64,000 bases of DNA from an uncultured archaeon (GTDB taxonomy: Archaea > Asgardarchaeota > Thorarchaeia > Thorarchaeales > Thorarchaeaceae): NCBI GenBank assembly GCA_964458565.1, contig CAYWJO010000006.1, positions 32,001-96,000 on the forward strand, read 5' to 3'. Positions 41,177-51,505 of this stretch are shown here, piece after piece (within the stretch, counting starts at the first letter, position 1; the number at the start of each line of letters is the position of its first letter). The notes under the pieces were generated by a model. The model saw only the letters and a program-made list of their open reading frames with translations, was not told where the DNA came from and made no database searches. The position numbers and the translations under genes were made by a program.

Positions 41177-42001
41177 ATGCTTGAGCCATCGTCTTATTAT
41201 TTGAGAGGACACTTGAATGTGATGATGCCAATGGGATGTCATGTCGATGTCAAGACAGGAGATGCATTATCAAGGGATGATCGTTTGGTCATTGTTTCCC
41301 TTCTCCACATATTCAGAGGTGGTGTGTTCTTTGGGCTCGCACTAGCTATACTAGATGCAAGTGGTGTTTTTGTCCTGGCCGCACTGCTTGGACTGTTTGT
41401 GGCTAGATGGTTCTGGAGTCTTTAAATAGAGGCATGGGGTCTTGCATTAGGATTCTCTCTTGTCCACCTACTACTTCCATTTAGCCTTGGCATATCATTT
41501 ATCGCTTTTATAGTAATTACGATTGCAAGCATCGTGGAGATATTATTATTGGGTATTATCAGACAGAGGGGGCATTTCAGCTATGTTGTAATGGCACTCT
41601 TGGAACCAGACTATGTACCCAACGTGACAGCTATAGAAAGGACGATGTTCTACCTTACAATTATCGGGCAGATCATTAAAACACTCTTCGTATTTCTGGG
41701 AATAGGTGTGATGATTTCAGTATTGCCACTTTTAGCTCCAGTGCCTTGGTTCAACTTCCTCCCTTGGATTCCACTTGCATTAGTTCTGGGGTTGTTTGAT
41801 ATTGCATGCATCATAGGTCTCTTTCAAGGTAGGGATTGGGCATTTCAGCTTACGGTAACCATGGCATGTGTTGGGTTTGCTGAAACATCTCTCGCGTGGT
41901 CACCTCTAGTAAGTCTAATTGCTATATGGATCATAACCCTTCTAATACCTTGCTGGGCAAAGAACGAGTTCTATAGACGAGTGAGAGAACGGACGGTATA
42001 A
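41177..42001 (+). pseudogene. multi-TM membrane protein split by in-frame TAA (41423-41425)
   Basis: ORFs 41177 and 41534 share a frame; intervening codons read IEAWGLALGFSLVHLLLPF..., a continuous TM. Confidence 0.7.
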
Positions 42002-42105
42002 ATCAATCCACAGATAGTACTGCTCTTTCAAAATCGGGTGTCGTTGTGTTACTCATCAAATGCACCTTACGAAAACGTCATAGGGATAAATAACGATAAT
42101 TAATT

Positions 42106-42318
42106 ATGCCAGCTAAGATTGATGCCTATTATCAGTGCGATGAATGTAAGATGAATTATAGGAGTCTTGAACTGGCTGAGAAATGTGAGGTTTGGTGTAA
42201 GGAACATCATACATGTAACATTGAGATTGTCAAATATGCAGTGGGCAATTATGGTACTGTATCCACGGATCCTTTGAAATTGTATGTGTCAAATGATGAA
42301 GCAGTGGATGATAGATAG
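42106..42318 (+). CDS. small Cys/His-rich Zn-binding protein
   Basis: YQCDEC...AEKCEVWCKEHHTC. Confidence 0.7.
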   Translation: MPAKIDAYYQCDECKMNYRSLELAEKCEVWCKEHHTCNIEIVKYAVGNYGTVSTDPLKLYVSNDEAVDDR

Positions 42319-42319
42319 G

Positions 42320-43345
42320 TCAGGTCATAATCTCATTATAGATATCAAGTGCTTTCTCTTCACTAAATACACCTTTGATGACCGCAGAGCCCGTATTCAT
42401 AATAGTGATTGTGATATCAGATTCGAGATGAATACGCAAGAAGGCTTTATGGGATGTATATTGATATGAGGGTTTGAGTTGACTAGTTATGTCCTCAAAA
42501 TTCACCTTAAGCAGATCAACTGGAGAAATGCTATAGCTACCAGAACAGAGGAGGGTAATAAAGGGTTTCTTGGATTTTGAAGGTGGCTTAGATGATGTGG
42601 AACAGACAGGACATGTAGGATTTCGCTCGAGGTTGAACCTGTCGAAGCTCATTGTTTGAATATCCACATGCATTAGGTGATTAGCAAAATGAGGTGTTCT
42701 GTTGGTCACAATTTGAATAGCCTCTTGAACTTCCATAGCTCCAATGATGGACAACAATGTGGGTAGAACGCCAACATCAGCACAAGTCATAACTGATTCA
42801 TCTGCCAAGTCTCCAATTAAGCAATGCAAGCAGCCTGTGCTATCAGGTACAAATGTTGAGATATTCCCGTAGTATTCAATTGCGCCGGCGTAGACATATG
42901 GAATCTTTAGTGATTGGCTGGCTTTATTCAATGCACGCCTCGCAAGTATTGAGTCTAAACCATCCAGAATAACATCGGAACCGGACAGTAATTCAATGGC
43001 ATTGTCCTCACGTAAGGAAACCGGATATGGTTCAAATGTCACATCAGGATTAAGTCGCGATAGATTATTTGCCGCAGTTATGGCCTTCGGATTGCCAATA
43101 TCATCAGTATCGAAAATTGTCTGCCGTTGAAGATTTGAAAGATCAACCACATCATGGTCGATTATTCTAATTGTTCCGAATCCATAAGCCGTTACGAGAC
43201 GAAGGATTGGACTCCCAAGACCACCAGCTCCAACAACCGTTACTGTAGATCCCAATATCAGTTCAAGATCTTCATTGGTTACATCCCGTAATGCGAGAAA
43301 CCGAGAATATCGTTCACTTTGTGCTTTATGAGACATTGAATCCAC
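42320..43345 (-). CDS. ThiF/MoeB/E1-like adenylyltransferase
   Basis: RYSR, VGAGGLGS, DHDVVDLSNLQRQ, CLHC and CPVC Zn pairs, TCADVGVL. Confidence 0.92.
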   Translation of the reverse strand: MDSMSHKAQSERYSRFLALRDVTNEDLELILGSTVTVVGAGGLGSPILRLVTAYGFGTIRIIDHDVVDLSNLQRQTIFDTDDIGNPKAITAANNLSRLNPDVTFEPYPVSLREDNAIELLSGSDVILDGLDSILARRALNKASQSLKIPYVYAGAIEYYGNISTFVPDSTGCLHCLIGDLADESVMTCADVGVLPTLLSIIGAMEVQEAIQIVTNRTPHFANHLMHVDIQTMSFDRFNLERNPTCPVCSTSSKPPSKSKKPFITLLCSGSYSISPVDLLKVNFEDITSQLKPSYQYTSHKAFLRIHLESDITITIMNTGSAVIKGVFSEEKALDIYNEIMT

Positions 43346-43453
43346 AATGATTGTTTGTAATAGTTCTACTTAAACGAAATGATAAACACCAGATAATTGA
43401 AACATTTATGGAATCTTAAGAACTAACTAAGATACAAACTAGGAGAATAATGT

Positions 43454-44620
43454 ATGTCCCTACCTTCTATTGAGCAGCTCAGATTTCATCAATTAAAGAA
43501 ACACCATCTATTCAGAGATTCATCGTTCGAGGGCGTAGCGAGAGATTTAATGGGATTGCATTCGACAGACTACTGGACGCCTTATCTTTCAGTCTGGTCG
43601 CGTATTGGAGATTATGATGCCTCAAAAGTATTCAAGAATATTAATTCTGGAAAAGGCTTGGCTCGTATTAATGCATATCGCCGAACTCTTCATGTTGTCC
43701 ATGTCGATGATTTACCGCTTATCATCAGAGCAACAGCTTCGGTCTTCTATAATTCAGCTCGGAAAGTACCTCCTTTGAGAAATTCAACAGATGTGGAGCT
43801 CAAAGCTGTGATCAATAAGATTCTAGTTACACTTGAAGATGGACCACTTAAAATGTCAGAACTGAAGAAGAAAGTACCTGAAATGGAGAAACTGGGTAGA
43901 TGGGTCTTGCTCCTACCTATGGCGGAGGGAAAAGTAATCCGTGCACATGCAAATCATGCGCGAAGCAACTTGACAGCATATGCACTCACCGAGAAATGGA
44001 TTAAAGGATACAAGCCATCCGAGTTCACTGAAGATGAGGCAATCAGAGAAATAATTCAACGTTATATCAAAGCATACGGACCAGTAACAAAAGATGACGT
44101 CACCTGGTGGTTGATGTTGACAAAGACAAAGATTGGGGCGATTCTCAAAATCTTGGAGAATCACCTTCAAACAATAGAAATTGATGGTTCTCAATATTTT
44201 GTGGACCCGAAAACCATAGAAAGCTGCATCAATGAGGAGGAAGATATTCCGGAAATCTGGTTTCTGCCTTATGAAGACGTATTTCCAAAGGCGTACATCA
44301 AAAGAGAGTGGTACTTGGATAATGATTTAAAGCGGAAAATATTCCCAGAATCTTCAATGTATTTTTGGCCACCAAATAGTCCTGAGATGCCACCAGAGAA
44401 ACATAAGGGAATGAACCAAGCAGGAGAGATTAGACCGACAATTTGGTTTGAAGGAAAAATCGTTGGAAGGTGGGAAATACAGGAACAGAAAGGCACATAC
44501 ACTGTCATTTCAGACATATATAGAAAGATGAAAAAAGACGTTCTAGAATCCATCAATGAGAAACGGGGAGAACTGGAGGAGTTCATCAACAAACGACTTG
44601 CTCCAATCTCTGGGAAATGA
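43454..44620 (+). CDS. AlkZ/YcaQ-like winged-helix DNA glycosylase family
   Basis: GLHST..TPYLSVWSR, RRTLHVV, RYIKAYGPVT, FLPYED, PTIWFEGKIVGRW. Confidence 0.8.
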   Translation: MSLPSIEQLRFHQLKKHHLFRDSSFEGVARDLMGLHSTDYWTPYLSVWSRIGDYDASKVFKNINSGKGLARINAYRRTLHVVHVDDLPLIIRATASVFYNSARKVPPLRNSTDVELKAVINKILVTLEDGPLKMSELKKKVPEMEKLGRWVLLLPMAEGKVIRAHANHARSNLTAYALTEKWIKGYKPSEFTEDEAIREIIQRYIKAYGPVTKDDVTWWLMLTKTKIGAILKILENHLQTIEIDGSQYFVDPKTIESCINEEEDIPEIWFLPYEDVFPKAYIKREWYLDNDLKRKIFPESSMYFWPPNSPEMPPEKHKGMNQAGEIRPTIWFEGKIVGRWEIQEQKGTYTVISDIYRKMKKDVLESINEKRGELEEFINKRLAPISGK

Positions 44621-44659
44621 ATCTAACAAAAGACAGATAGTAATCGTCACATTCCACGT

Positions 44660-44881
44660 TCATCTTTCTTTTCGGTCTAAATAAAAAAGTACAGCAGCTA
44701 TTGATAGTAGAATAAGACCTGTCATCCAGTGATGATACTGAAAACCAAATGGCGCAATGTGAAACTCACTCAAATCGGGAAGAATGTGGCCTATTGGTAA
44801 TCCAAACATCCATAATTCGTCTGCAAGGAACACCAATCCGATGAGAAATAGGAAAACTGCAAAACCTCTTTTTCGAGTCAT
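44660..44881 (-). CDS. small 2-TM protein
   Basis: Two hydrophobic helices, HHW motif. Confidence 0.65.
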   Translation of the reverse strand: MTRKRGFAVFLFLIGLVFLADELWMFGLPIGHILPDLSEFHIAPFGFQYHHWMTGLILLSIAAVLFYLDRKER

Positions 44882-45121
44882 TCTTATTTCATACTACCGT
44901 TCGTAATTAAATGAGCTGCTTTATGGGTCCTATTACTCTGACGAGCTAAAATTATCTCAGAGAATAAAGTGCCAATTCAACCATAACAATCTTCACTCGC
45001 TTGATAGAATTATTGAATACACCGTTCTTTTACCAAGGAGAAATAGTGTCTCTGGTACTAGAAGAAGAATCCGGAGTGCTAAATCATGTCATTATCTCGT
45101 AAACATATATTTGATTTGAAT

Positions 45122-45529
45122 CTAGTGTTTACGTTTTGCCCTTTCAGAAGCTCTCGCACGAGTATATTCAGCCATGTAGATCATAAAAAAGAGGATTCCA
45201 CCAATCACTAAGAAGAACCCGTCCTGAACTAGAAGACGTTCAAGTACAAGAGTGATACATAGAGGAGCATAATGGAGAAAAGCCAGTACCAATACAACAT
45301 AGTGATTCTCGAATTTTCCTCCGAATACTCCAAGTGCTAGAAGGACAACTAGACTTACTAGAGATACCAAAGTCAGAATTATCTGAGGAATGATTAGAGC
45401 AGATGTAAATGTGATTAGCTGAATAAGGGTGACCAGCCAATTACCATAGATTCCAATAATTATTCCTTCAAACAACATCATTTGTTCATTTGCAGGGGTA
45501 GGTTGATTCGAGTTTTCAGATGTGGACAT
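45122..45529 (-). CDS. hypothetical 4-TM membrane protein
   Basis: Hydrophobic helices, basic tail. Confidence 0.65.
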   Translation of the reverse strand: MSTSENSNQPTPANEQMMLFEGIIIGIYGNWLVTLIQLITFTSALIIPQIILTLVSLVSLVVLLALGVFGGKFENHYVVLVLAFLHYAPLCITLVLERLLVQDGFFLVIGGILFFMIYMAEYTRARASERAKRKH

Positions 45530-45785
45530 AGTGATTTAAGAGCAAAAGCATTCAATAAAAATCTGATGACCAACTAGAAGTGGTATCAGACACCCTTTTC
45601 ACTATCTTTGATGAGAATCAGGTAGAAGGAAAAGAGTACTCAAAAGTGAGTGAATCATTAAGGTTACACGAAATGAATTAGGACAATTAGAGATAGACCA
45701 TAATCGTGAGTTAAAAGTAGCCGTGTCTTTCGAGCGAGATGAATCTAACAAAAGATAGATAGCAATATTTTCATTCCATGCGCGT

Positions 45786-46328
45786 GTGATATCTATGGAT
45801 GACGCAAAAATCTGGTCGGTAGTTTTTGTTAGTGTAGCTCTCATCGGATTCCTGATGATATCTATTCTCTTTCTCACGTCCTTAGATATAGCCATTGCCA
45901 ATGGACTGCGACTTCTTTCAATCTTTTTGGGTATGCTTGCAGGTACCGCCCTTGGGGAGTATCTCAAAATCAGAAATAAGCGAAAAGCAGGAAGGATTTT
46001 GCTTGATGATATAATAGAAGAACTAAAGGTGAACAAAAATATCATTGATACAGGGCTTCCTCTTCGAAAAGGTTTCTGGACTCTGGGTATTCGATCAGGT
46101 ACTGCTCAGAACATTCCAGACCTTGAAAGAAGAAAATTGTGGGATATCTACAGCAATATAACCCATTATAATGAAGATCTACAAGCGCTTCACATATCTA
46201 GATTTACGGAGGGATTGTCTACTACTCCAGAGGTGCATGCGGAAACGATGAAGCTGAGAACCCTAATTCTACAACTTATCAATGAATACTTGATGTTCAA
46301 GAAAATTAAATTGAGTGTGGAGGAATGA
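45786..46328 (+). CDS. hypothetical protein, 2 N-terminal TM + helical domain
   Basis: 180-aa ORF. Confidence 0.65.
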   Translation: MISMDDAKIWSVVFVSVALIGFLMISILFLTSLDIAIANGLRLLSIFLGMLAGTALGEYLKIRNKRKAGRILLDDIIEELKVNKNIIDTGLPLRKGFWTLGIRSGTAQNIPDLERRKLWDIYSNITHYNEDLQALHISRFTEGLSTTPEVHAETMKLRTLILQLINEYLMFKKIKLSVEE

Positions 46329-47138
46329 GATATCTTTCTATCTTGTTCCACGATAGGTGGAATCCGGTCTTCATCTTCAGATTTGGAATACGTTGAGCAG
46401 CAAAGAAAGACTCTCACATGGGTCAAGGAAGTCGGATTTAACCAAATTGAGATGCATTACAATTATAGACCACAATGGGTTGCTGATGAAATTGTGCAGA
46501 TGGTAGAGGAACTGGAACTCAGACCATACTCAATTCATCTTCCGAAATTCCTTCTCTCCGTTCCGAAAACAGAATTCAAAAAGGATATTGAGAGTATATT
46601 TGGTTTCATAGATAGAGTAGGCATCAAAGTCAGTGTATTGCATCCACCATCTCTTGAACAGATCCCACAGAAGGAATGGAAGGAACGAATGGAAATTATT
46701 CTGAAACAATCAGACCAATCATGTAGTGTATTGACACTTGAGATTGTACCATATCTTCAAAATCCGCACATGTTCATTCAAGAACAAATCAATTATCATC
46801 AGAATCATCAAATTGGAGTCACAGTAGATATCGAACATATGCATCTCACCGGTCTCAAAATGGAATGGATGATTGAATGGTTCGGTGATAAGATTTTGAA
46901 TGTTCACCTACGGGATAGTGATGGTTCTCTCCTTGATGCTAACGGTAGGAGGAAATACTTAGTGCCAGGAGAAGGGAATCTGGATTTGCAGGGAATATTG
47001 GAAATTCTTCAGCAGTCCAATTATGACAAGGCCTTGACAATTGAAGTTTCATTCAAAGAACCAGAAAACATTGTCCGAGCAAAAGCAAACGTGGATAGAT
47101 ATCTAGCTAATTTAAGAAAACAGTTGAGCGAGGGATAG
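46325..47138 (+). CDS. sugar-phosphate isomerase/epimerase (AP endonuclease 2-type TIM barrel); 5' end frameshifted or non-canonical
   Basis: GFNQIE, SIHLP, LTLE, VDIEH, NVHLRD, PGEGNLD, LTIE metal motifs; first strand IFLSCST lies upstream of TTG 46383. Confidence 0.8.
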
Positions 47139-47142
47139 ACCC

Positions 47143-47508
47143 TCACTCGATACCAATCCGATTTGCAATCTTTACGATGATAAAGATAACAAACGCAATT
47201 AGGATGAATGTGACAAGCTCGCCTGCAAAATGACCGACCTGAAATGGTCCAATCGCTATTTCAGTCCAGACTACATCAGGTAGCGCGAGGGATATTATTG
47301 GCATGATCAAATCCGCAACTAGTGCCTGTACAAGTGCGCCTAGATATAGACCAAGAATAAACGCAACCGCAAGTCCTAAGACCTTGTATTTTGACAAGAA
47401 TGTTGTAAACTCATCCAATAGATTCTTTGGAGGAGGAGCAGGAGGTCCGGGAGATAGGAGTTTTTTAATTTCTCTTAGCTCCTCTAACATCAAATCATTA
47501 GTACTCAT
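47143..47508 (-). CDS. mscL: large-conductance mechanosensitive channel family protein
   Basis: EFTTFL..KVLGLAVAFILG, LVADLIMPII, FILIAFVIFIIVK. Confidence 0.85.
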   Translation of the reverse strand: MSTNDLMLEELREIKKLLSPGPPAPPPKNLLDEFTTFLSKYKVLGLAVAFILGLYLGALVQALVADLIMPIISLALPDVVWTEIAIGPFQVGHFAGELVTFILIAFVIFIIVKIANRIGIE

Positions 47509-47578
47509 ATTATCACCAGTGATGATTTTTTGTGAAAAATGGGATATGCGGCTCTTCTATATGAGTCATACCAAACGG

Positions 47579-48442
47579 CTAGCATGTGACATCGCATTTT
47601 GCAAGAAGCCATAGTCTACAGGAGAATAGAAATAGTATCGATGTAAATCCAATCAGAATCAATAAAATCTCGATTTGGATTATTGGAATAATCAAGAATG
47701 ATGACAGTAATAATCCGACAAGTAGACACAGCATAACTAGTAGAGATACCAGGAGATATCGACTGTATTTTGTTAGTGCTTTTATCTCTCTACTTTCACT
47801 AGGTGGGTTAACGTATCTTTGCATTTTACAGAATAGACTTCGTGCACGTTCATTTGACCTGTTAATTACCGAATAATAGAGCTTCTGGATAGATAGAATG
47901 AACATGGTTATAGAAACAATAAGGATGGCGGTTGCATCAATAGCAAGACCTGAAATCGCCGCAGGAAGGCCAGCTAGTGTGAGATATGTGCATATTACAA
48001 TAATAGATCCGCCCGTTAGAATTACGAAATTGACACGATTGAACCAGGCGGTACCTGGTTTGAAAACTCTTAGATCATAGAAGAATTCAACTTCGGGCTG
48101 TAACATCCCTCCAACTTTTTCAGAGATACGTTCTCTCAGGACATCAATGACCTTTCTGTACAAAACGTAGCTGGTTCTTTGAATCACTAAAGTGGCGATG
48201 GTTCCTTCCGTTGAAATAAATCCGACAAGTCCAATCACAATGAATAGGGGAATAGCTAAGGATTCTGTTTCCGCTTCATATGCAAGAGAAACTGCAGAGA
48301 AAAGGAGAGCAATTATTACTAGATGAATATTGAATGCTTGATACGATTTGTCGATTGCGTGTCTGAAATGTTCCCAATGTTGATTATACTCTGATTTCAG
48401 AGCTTCTAGCTCCCATCGGATATTGGTGTCGGACATATTCAA
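47579..48442 (-). CDS. hypothetical multi-TM membrane protein
   Basis: 287-aa ORF, about 6 TM. Confidence 0.65.
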   Translation of the reverse strand: MNMSDTNIRWELEALKSEYNQHWEHFRHAIDKSYQAFNIHLVIIALLFSAVSLAYEAETESLAIPLFIVIGLVGFISTEGTIATLVIQRTSYVLYRKVIDVLRERISEKVGGMLQPEVEFFYDLRVFKPGTAWFNRVNFVILTGGSIIVICTYLTLAGLPAAISGLAIDATAILIVSITMFILSIQKLYYSVINRSNERARSLFCKMQRYVNPPSESREIKALTKYSRYLLVSLLVMLCLLVGLLLSSFLIIPIIQIEILLILIGFTSILFLFSCRLWLLAKCDVTC

Positions 48443-48534
48443 TAGACCTAACGACTTGAAATGACCCTAACGTAAATAGGTTTCCAATCTATGTTACACA
48501 ATATTGATGTACTAGAAGGTATAGTAATGAAGGG

Positions 48535-49143
48535 ATGTCAATCTGGGTCATAATATGTGCTACAGGAATTATTCTGTTGATTCCAATTCATTTTCGCTCT
48601 GTAGAACATATCAAGCTAAATGAGAGGTACGGTGAGGAGAAGGGAAAGAGAATCGGAGAGATTCTGGGAATAATATCTGGTTGGGGATACTTCATGTTTC
48701 TTATTGGGCTCTGGATATCACCGCAGGTCATCTTTGTGATTTTTCCAGAATACATGATTATCATTCCAATAGTCAATTTTCATATTGGAGTGGTTAATGC
48801 AGTGATATCAATTTGTTTTCTCATTCCTGGAGCGTATCTTGGTATCGTTGGTGTGAAAGCAACAGGAGTCAAGGTTTCTGAAACTCATAGAGCAGAATTC
48901 TTGGTCACCGAAGGGATTTATACTAAAATCAGGCATCCTCAATATCTAGGGGCTTTTCTCTCTCATATTGGAATGTCATTTCTGTTCTCAGCAGGTTATT
49001 CGATGGTTGCAACTCTGCTGGTTTTACTCTCAACATATCTTACTTCTAAGAAGGAAGAGGTAGAACTCATCAATGAATTTGGCGAGGCGTACAAAATATA
49101 CCAATCCAGAGTGCCTATGTTTATTCCGAGAGCCAAAAAATGA
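48535..49143 (+). CDS. isoprenylcysteine carboxyl methyltransferase (ICMT/PEMT) family membrane protein
   Basis: LVTEGIYTKIRHPQYLG, EEVELINEFGEAYKIY...VPMFIP. Confidence 0.88.
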   Translation: MSIWVIICATGIILLIPIHFRSVEHIKLNERYGEEKGKRIGEILGIISGWGYFMFLIGLWISPQVIFVIFPEYMIIIPIVNFHIGVVNAVISICFLIPGAYLGIVGVKATGVKVSETHRAEFLVTEGIYTKIRHPQYLGAFLSHIGMSFLFSAGYSMVATLLVLLSTYLTSKKEEVELINEFGEAYKIYQSRVPMFIPRAKK

Positions 49144-49219
49144 TGGTCCAAATGAGCTATAAGGAAGAATCTAAGTGAAACCTAGGTTGATAGCGACTAT
49201 ACTTAGGTGATAGTTAAAA

Positions 49220-50029
49220 CTGAAAATTCCAGTCGAGCCATGGTTTAATTCGATAACCAATCGTCATGCCTATAGATCATATAATGGCAAAGCAGTCCCT
49301 GAACAGACCTTAGTGAGAATAGAACAAGTTTGCAAGGATTTCCGACCATTCGAGGGAGTGAGATGCGAATTGGTCCGTAAGCCCGCGGATGATGTTTTCA
49401 AAGGAATTGTGGGAAATTACGGGAGAGTCACTAATGCTCCACATTACATAGTATTTATCGAAGACTCGGAAAGATCAAATTCAACTGTAGCAGCAGGATA
49501 TATTGGTGAAGGCGTCATTCTAGAGGCTACTTCTTTAGGATTAGGAACCTGTTGGATTGGAGGTTTCTTTCGTGAATCTAGAGTACTCGAACAGGTTCAC
49601 CTTGAGGAAAATGAATCGATTATATCAATCACACCTATAGGTTATATCTCTGATGACCTCAACTTGAGCCAAAGATTAATGAAATCATTTTCAGGCAACC
49701 ATCGAAGAAAAGATCTGAATAAGATTGTAGAAGGAGAACTAGATAATATCCCTCCATGGATGCAAACAGCTCTGAATGCGGCGAGAATTGCTCCTTCTGC
49801 TAGAAATAGACAACCATGGAGATTTGTTATCGAAGAAGACGCTATTACTGTAAAATCAACATCTGTACGAGATGAATCCTGGATATCTAGTTTTTTGGAC
49901 TGTGGAATTGCAATGCTACACCTGGAATTAGGAGCTCGAATTGAGGGTGTCAACGTCGAATGGGAATGGAAAAATAAACCATTAGTAGCGACTCTGGTAC
50001 TGAAAAAGGAAAAGGATGAGAGGGAATAA
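49220..50029 (+). CDS. nitroreductase family protein (tandem domains), probable CTG start
   Basis: WFNSITNRHAYRSY upstream of GTG 49313; LGLGTCWIG, ARIAPSARNRQPW, DCGIAMLH. Confidence 0.85.
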   Translation: MKIPVEPWFNSITNRHAYRSYNGKAVPEQTLVRIEQVCKDFRPFEGVRCELVRKPADDVFKGIVGNYGRVTNAPHYIVFIEDSERSNSTVAAGYIGEGVILEATSLGLGTCWIGGFFRESRVLEQVHLEENESIISITPIGYISDDLNLSQRLMKSFSGNHRRKDLNKIVEGELDNIPPWMQTALNAARIAPSARNRQPWRFVIEEDAITVKSTSVRDESWISSFLDCGIAMLHLELGARIEGVNVEWEWKNKPLVATLVLKKEKDERE

Positions 50030-50044
50030 ACCCTCTACATTATT

Positions 50045-50875
50045 TTAAGATTCTCGCACTAGGTAGAAATCTATGAAATTTTTCTTTCTAATGAAAGGCA
50101 AGATTATGATAACGACAGCCACTATTACTGCTACAGCGAGAGCGGGGATTGCAATTAATGAAATCAATGAGTGCTTCGCATAAATACCGTAACTAGCCCA
50201 TATCACAACAAGACCAAAGGCAAAATCCCTTCGTAGTATCAGCATCAAGAGTGTAATTAACAATGCTACTACAAGAACTAATGCAGTCCAAAGATATTGC
50301 CAATCAACAGGAATGTCGATGAAGGAGTTTATTGTTGATGCTATGTTAGCGATAATAGCAACTGAAATCCATCCAGCATAGACACTGAAAGGTAGGTGTA
50401 CAGCAAACTTCTCGCTTGTGGGAACTGATTTCACACCGACTCCAAGTCGAACATATGATAGTAGCAGGGTGATTAAAATCAGAGCCATTGGTATCATTGA
50501 AAGTGCAAAGATTCCAGGATTAGGTGTATTAATATCACCTGCTGCAACAGAGAAGTGAAATACAAAAATCCACAGCATGTTGAAGAGCCCATTGAGAACG
50601 AATAGGAATCCTATCTGTTTGAGATAGTCTTTACCACTCTCACCAGACCTGATCTGATACAAACCAAACACGATCAGAAGCATGTAGATGACTGCCCAAA
50701 TTGAAAAGACATAGGTGGCAGGGGTAAAATAATTGAAATATGCAGGTGAATTTGCCACATCACCTGTGCCTACACCATTAATTGGCAAAATGTTTGCAAG
50801 AGCGTTGACGGCAATCGTTGCCATAATTATAATCAAGTTTAGAACCTGTAAGATTCTAGTATTTGTAGAACTCAT
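50045..50875 (-). CDS. TspO/MBR-like tryptophan-rich membrane protein
   Basis: VNALAN, FTPATYVFSIWAVIY, PFSVYAGWISVA. Confidence 0.8.
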   Translation of the reverse strand: MSSTNTRILQVLNLIIIMATIAVNALANILPINGVGTGDVANSPAYFNYFTPATYVFSIWAVIYMLLIVFGLYQIRSGESGKDYLKQIGFLFVLNGLFNMLWIFVFHFSVAAGDINTPNPGIFALSMIPMALILITLLLSYVRLGVGVKSVPTSEKFAVHLPFSVYAGWISVAIIANIASTINSFIDIPVDWQYLWTALVLVVALLITLLMLILRRDFAFGLVVIWASYGIYAKHSLISLIAIPALAVAVIVAVVIIILPFIRKKNFIDFYLVRES

Positions 50876-51056
50876 GACAATTAATTATCGTTAACTTCCT
50901 AATAAAATTAGCGCTATTGGAAGAAATGCGTAAAAGTGGGATTTCCCACCCTTTTATGAGCAGATGGTTCTTAATTCAATGCATTTTTCATTGACATCGA
51001 TTTATTTATTAGGATTGAATTCTCTTATAGGTTAACTATTGTGAATGGTGTAGAAA

Positions 51057-51416
51057 ATGAATCTGTTAGGAAGTAAGATATGGCTTTGGGTCAACGCGAT
51101 TGGTTTGATTCTCGTAGGTGCAATATCACTTGTCCCAAATCTTGTACCCACAGAGTTTGGAATCCCTCTGAGTATTGTGAAGATTGTTGTAGCATTTGTC
51201 ACGCTGATGTCAGCATTCTGGGAAGGTGATGCCGCAAAGGTGAACAGCAAGATTTGGCTTGTTTCAATCGGACTGATTCTCCTCGCAATGGGAGTATTAC
51301 CCTTCTTCCCCGCGGCAATGGGAGCAGTTCCACAACTTGGAGATTTCCTTAATACACTAAAAGTAATCCTAGGTTTGATTACCTTCATTGTAATCTACGT
51401 TGACTTTTACAAATAG
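51057..51416 (+). CDS. small 4-TM protein with internal duplication
   Basis: SKIWL...IGLIL repeated twice. Confidence 0.7.
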   Translation: MNLLGSKIWLWVNAIGLILVGAISLVPNLVPTEFGIPLSIVKIVVAFVTLMSAFWEGDAAKVNSKIWLVSIGLILLAMGVLPFFPAAMGAVPQLGDFLNTLKVILGLITFIVIYVDFYK

Positions 51417-51505
51417 AAACTTCGTTGGAAAAGATAAGACTGCATCGAGCCCAAATATCTGGGCTCATCCTTATTGGCATCAAACACCGTAGAGGCGATA
51501 CAGAG

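Noticed and set aside
44960-45102. Start-less open frame (..LLNTPFFYQGEIVSLVLEEESG..)
   Set aside because: Too short and unrecognisable to call a gene or remnant
50931-50956. Imperfect inverted repeat between divergent genes
   Set aside because: Short, bulged and could arise by chance
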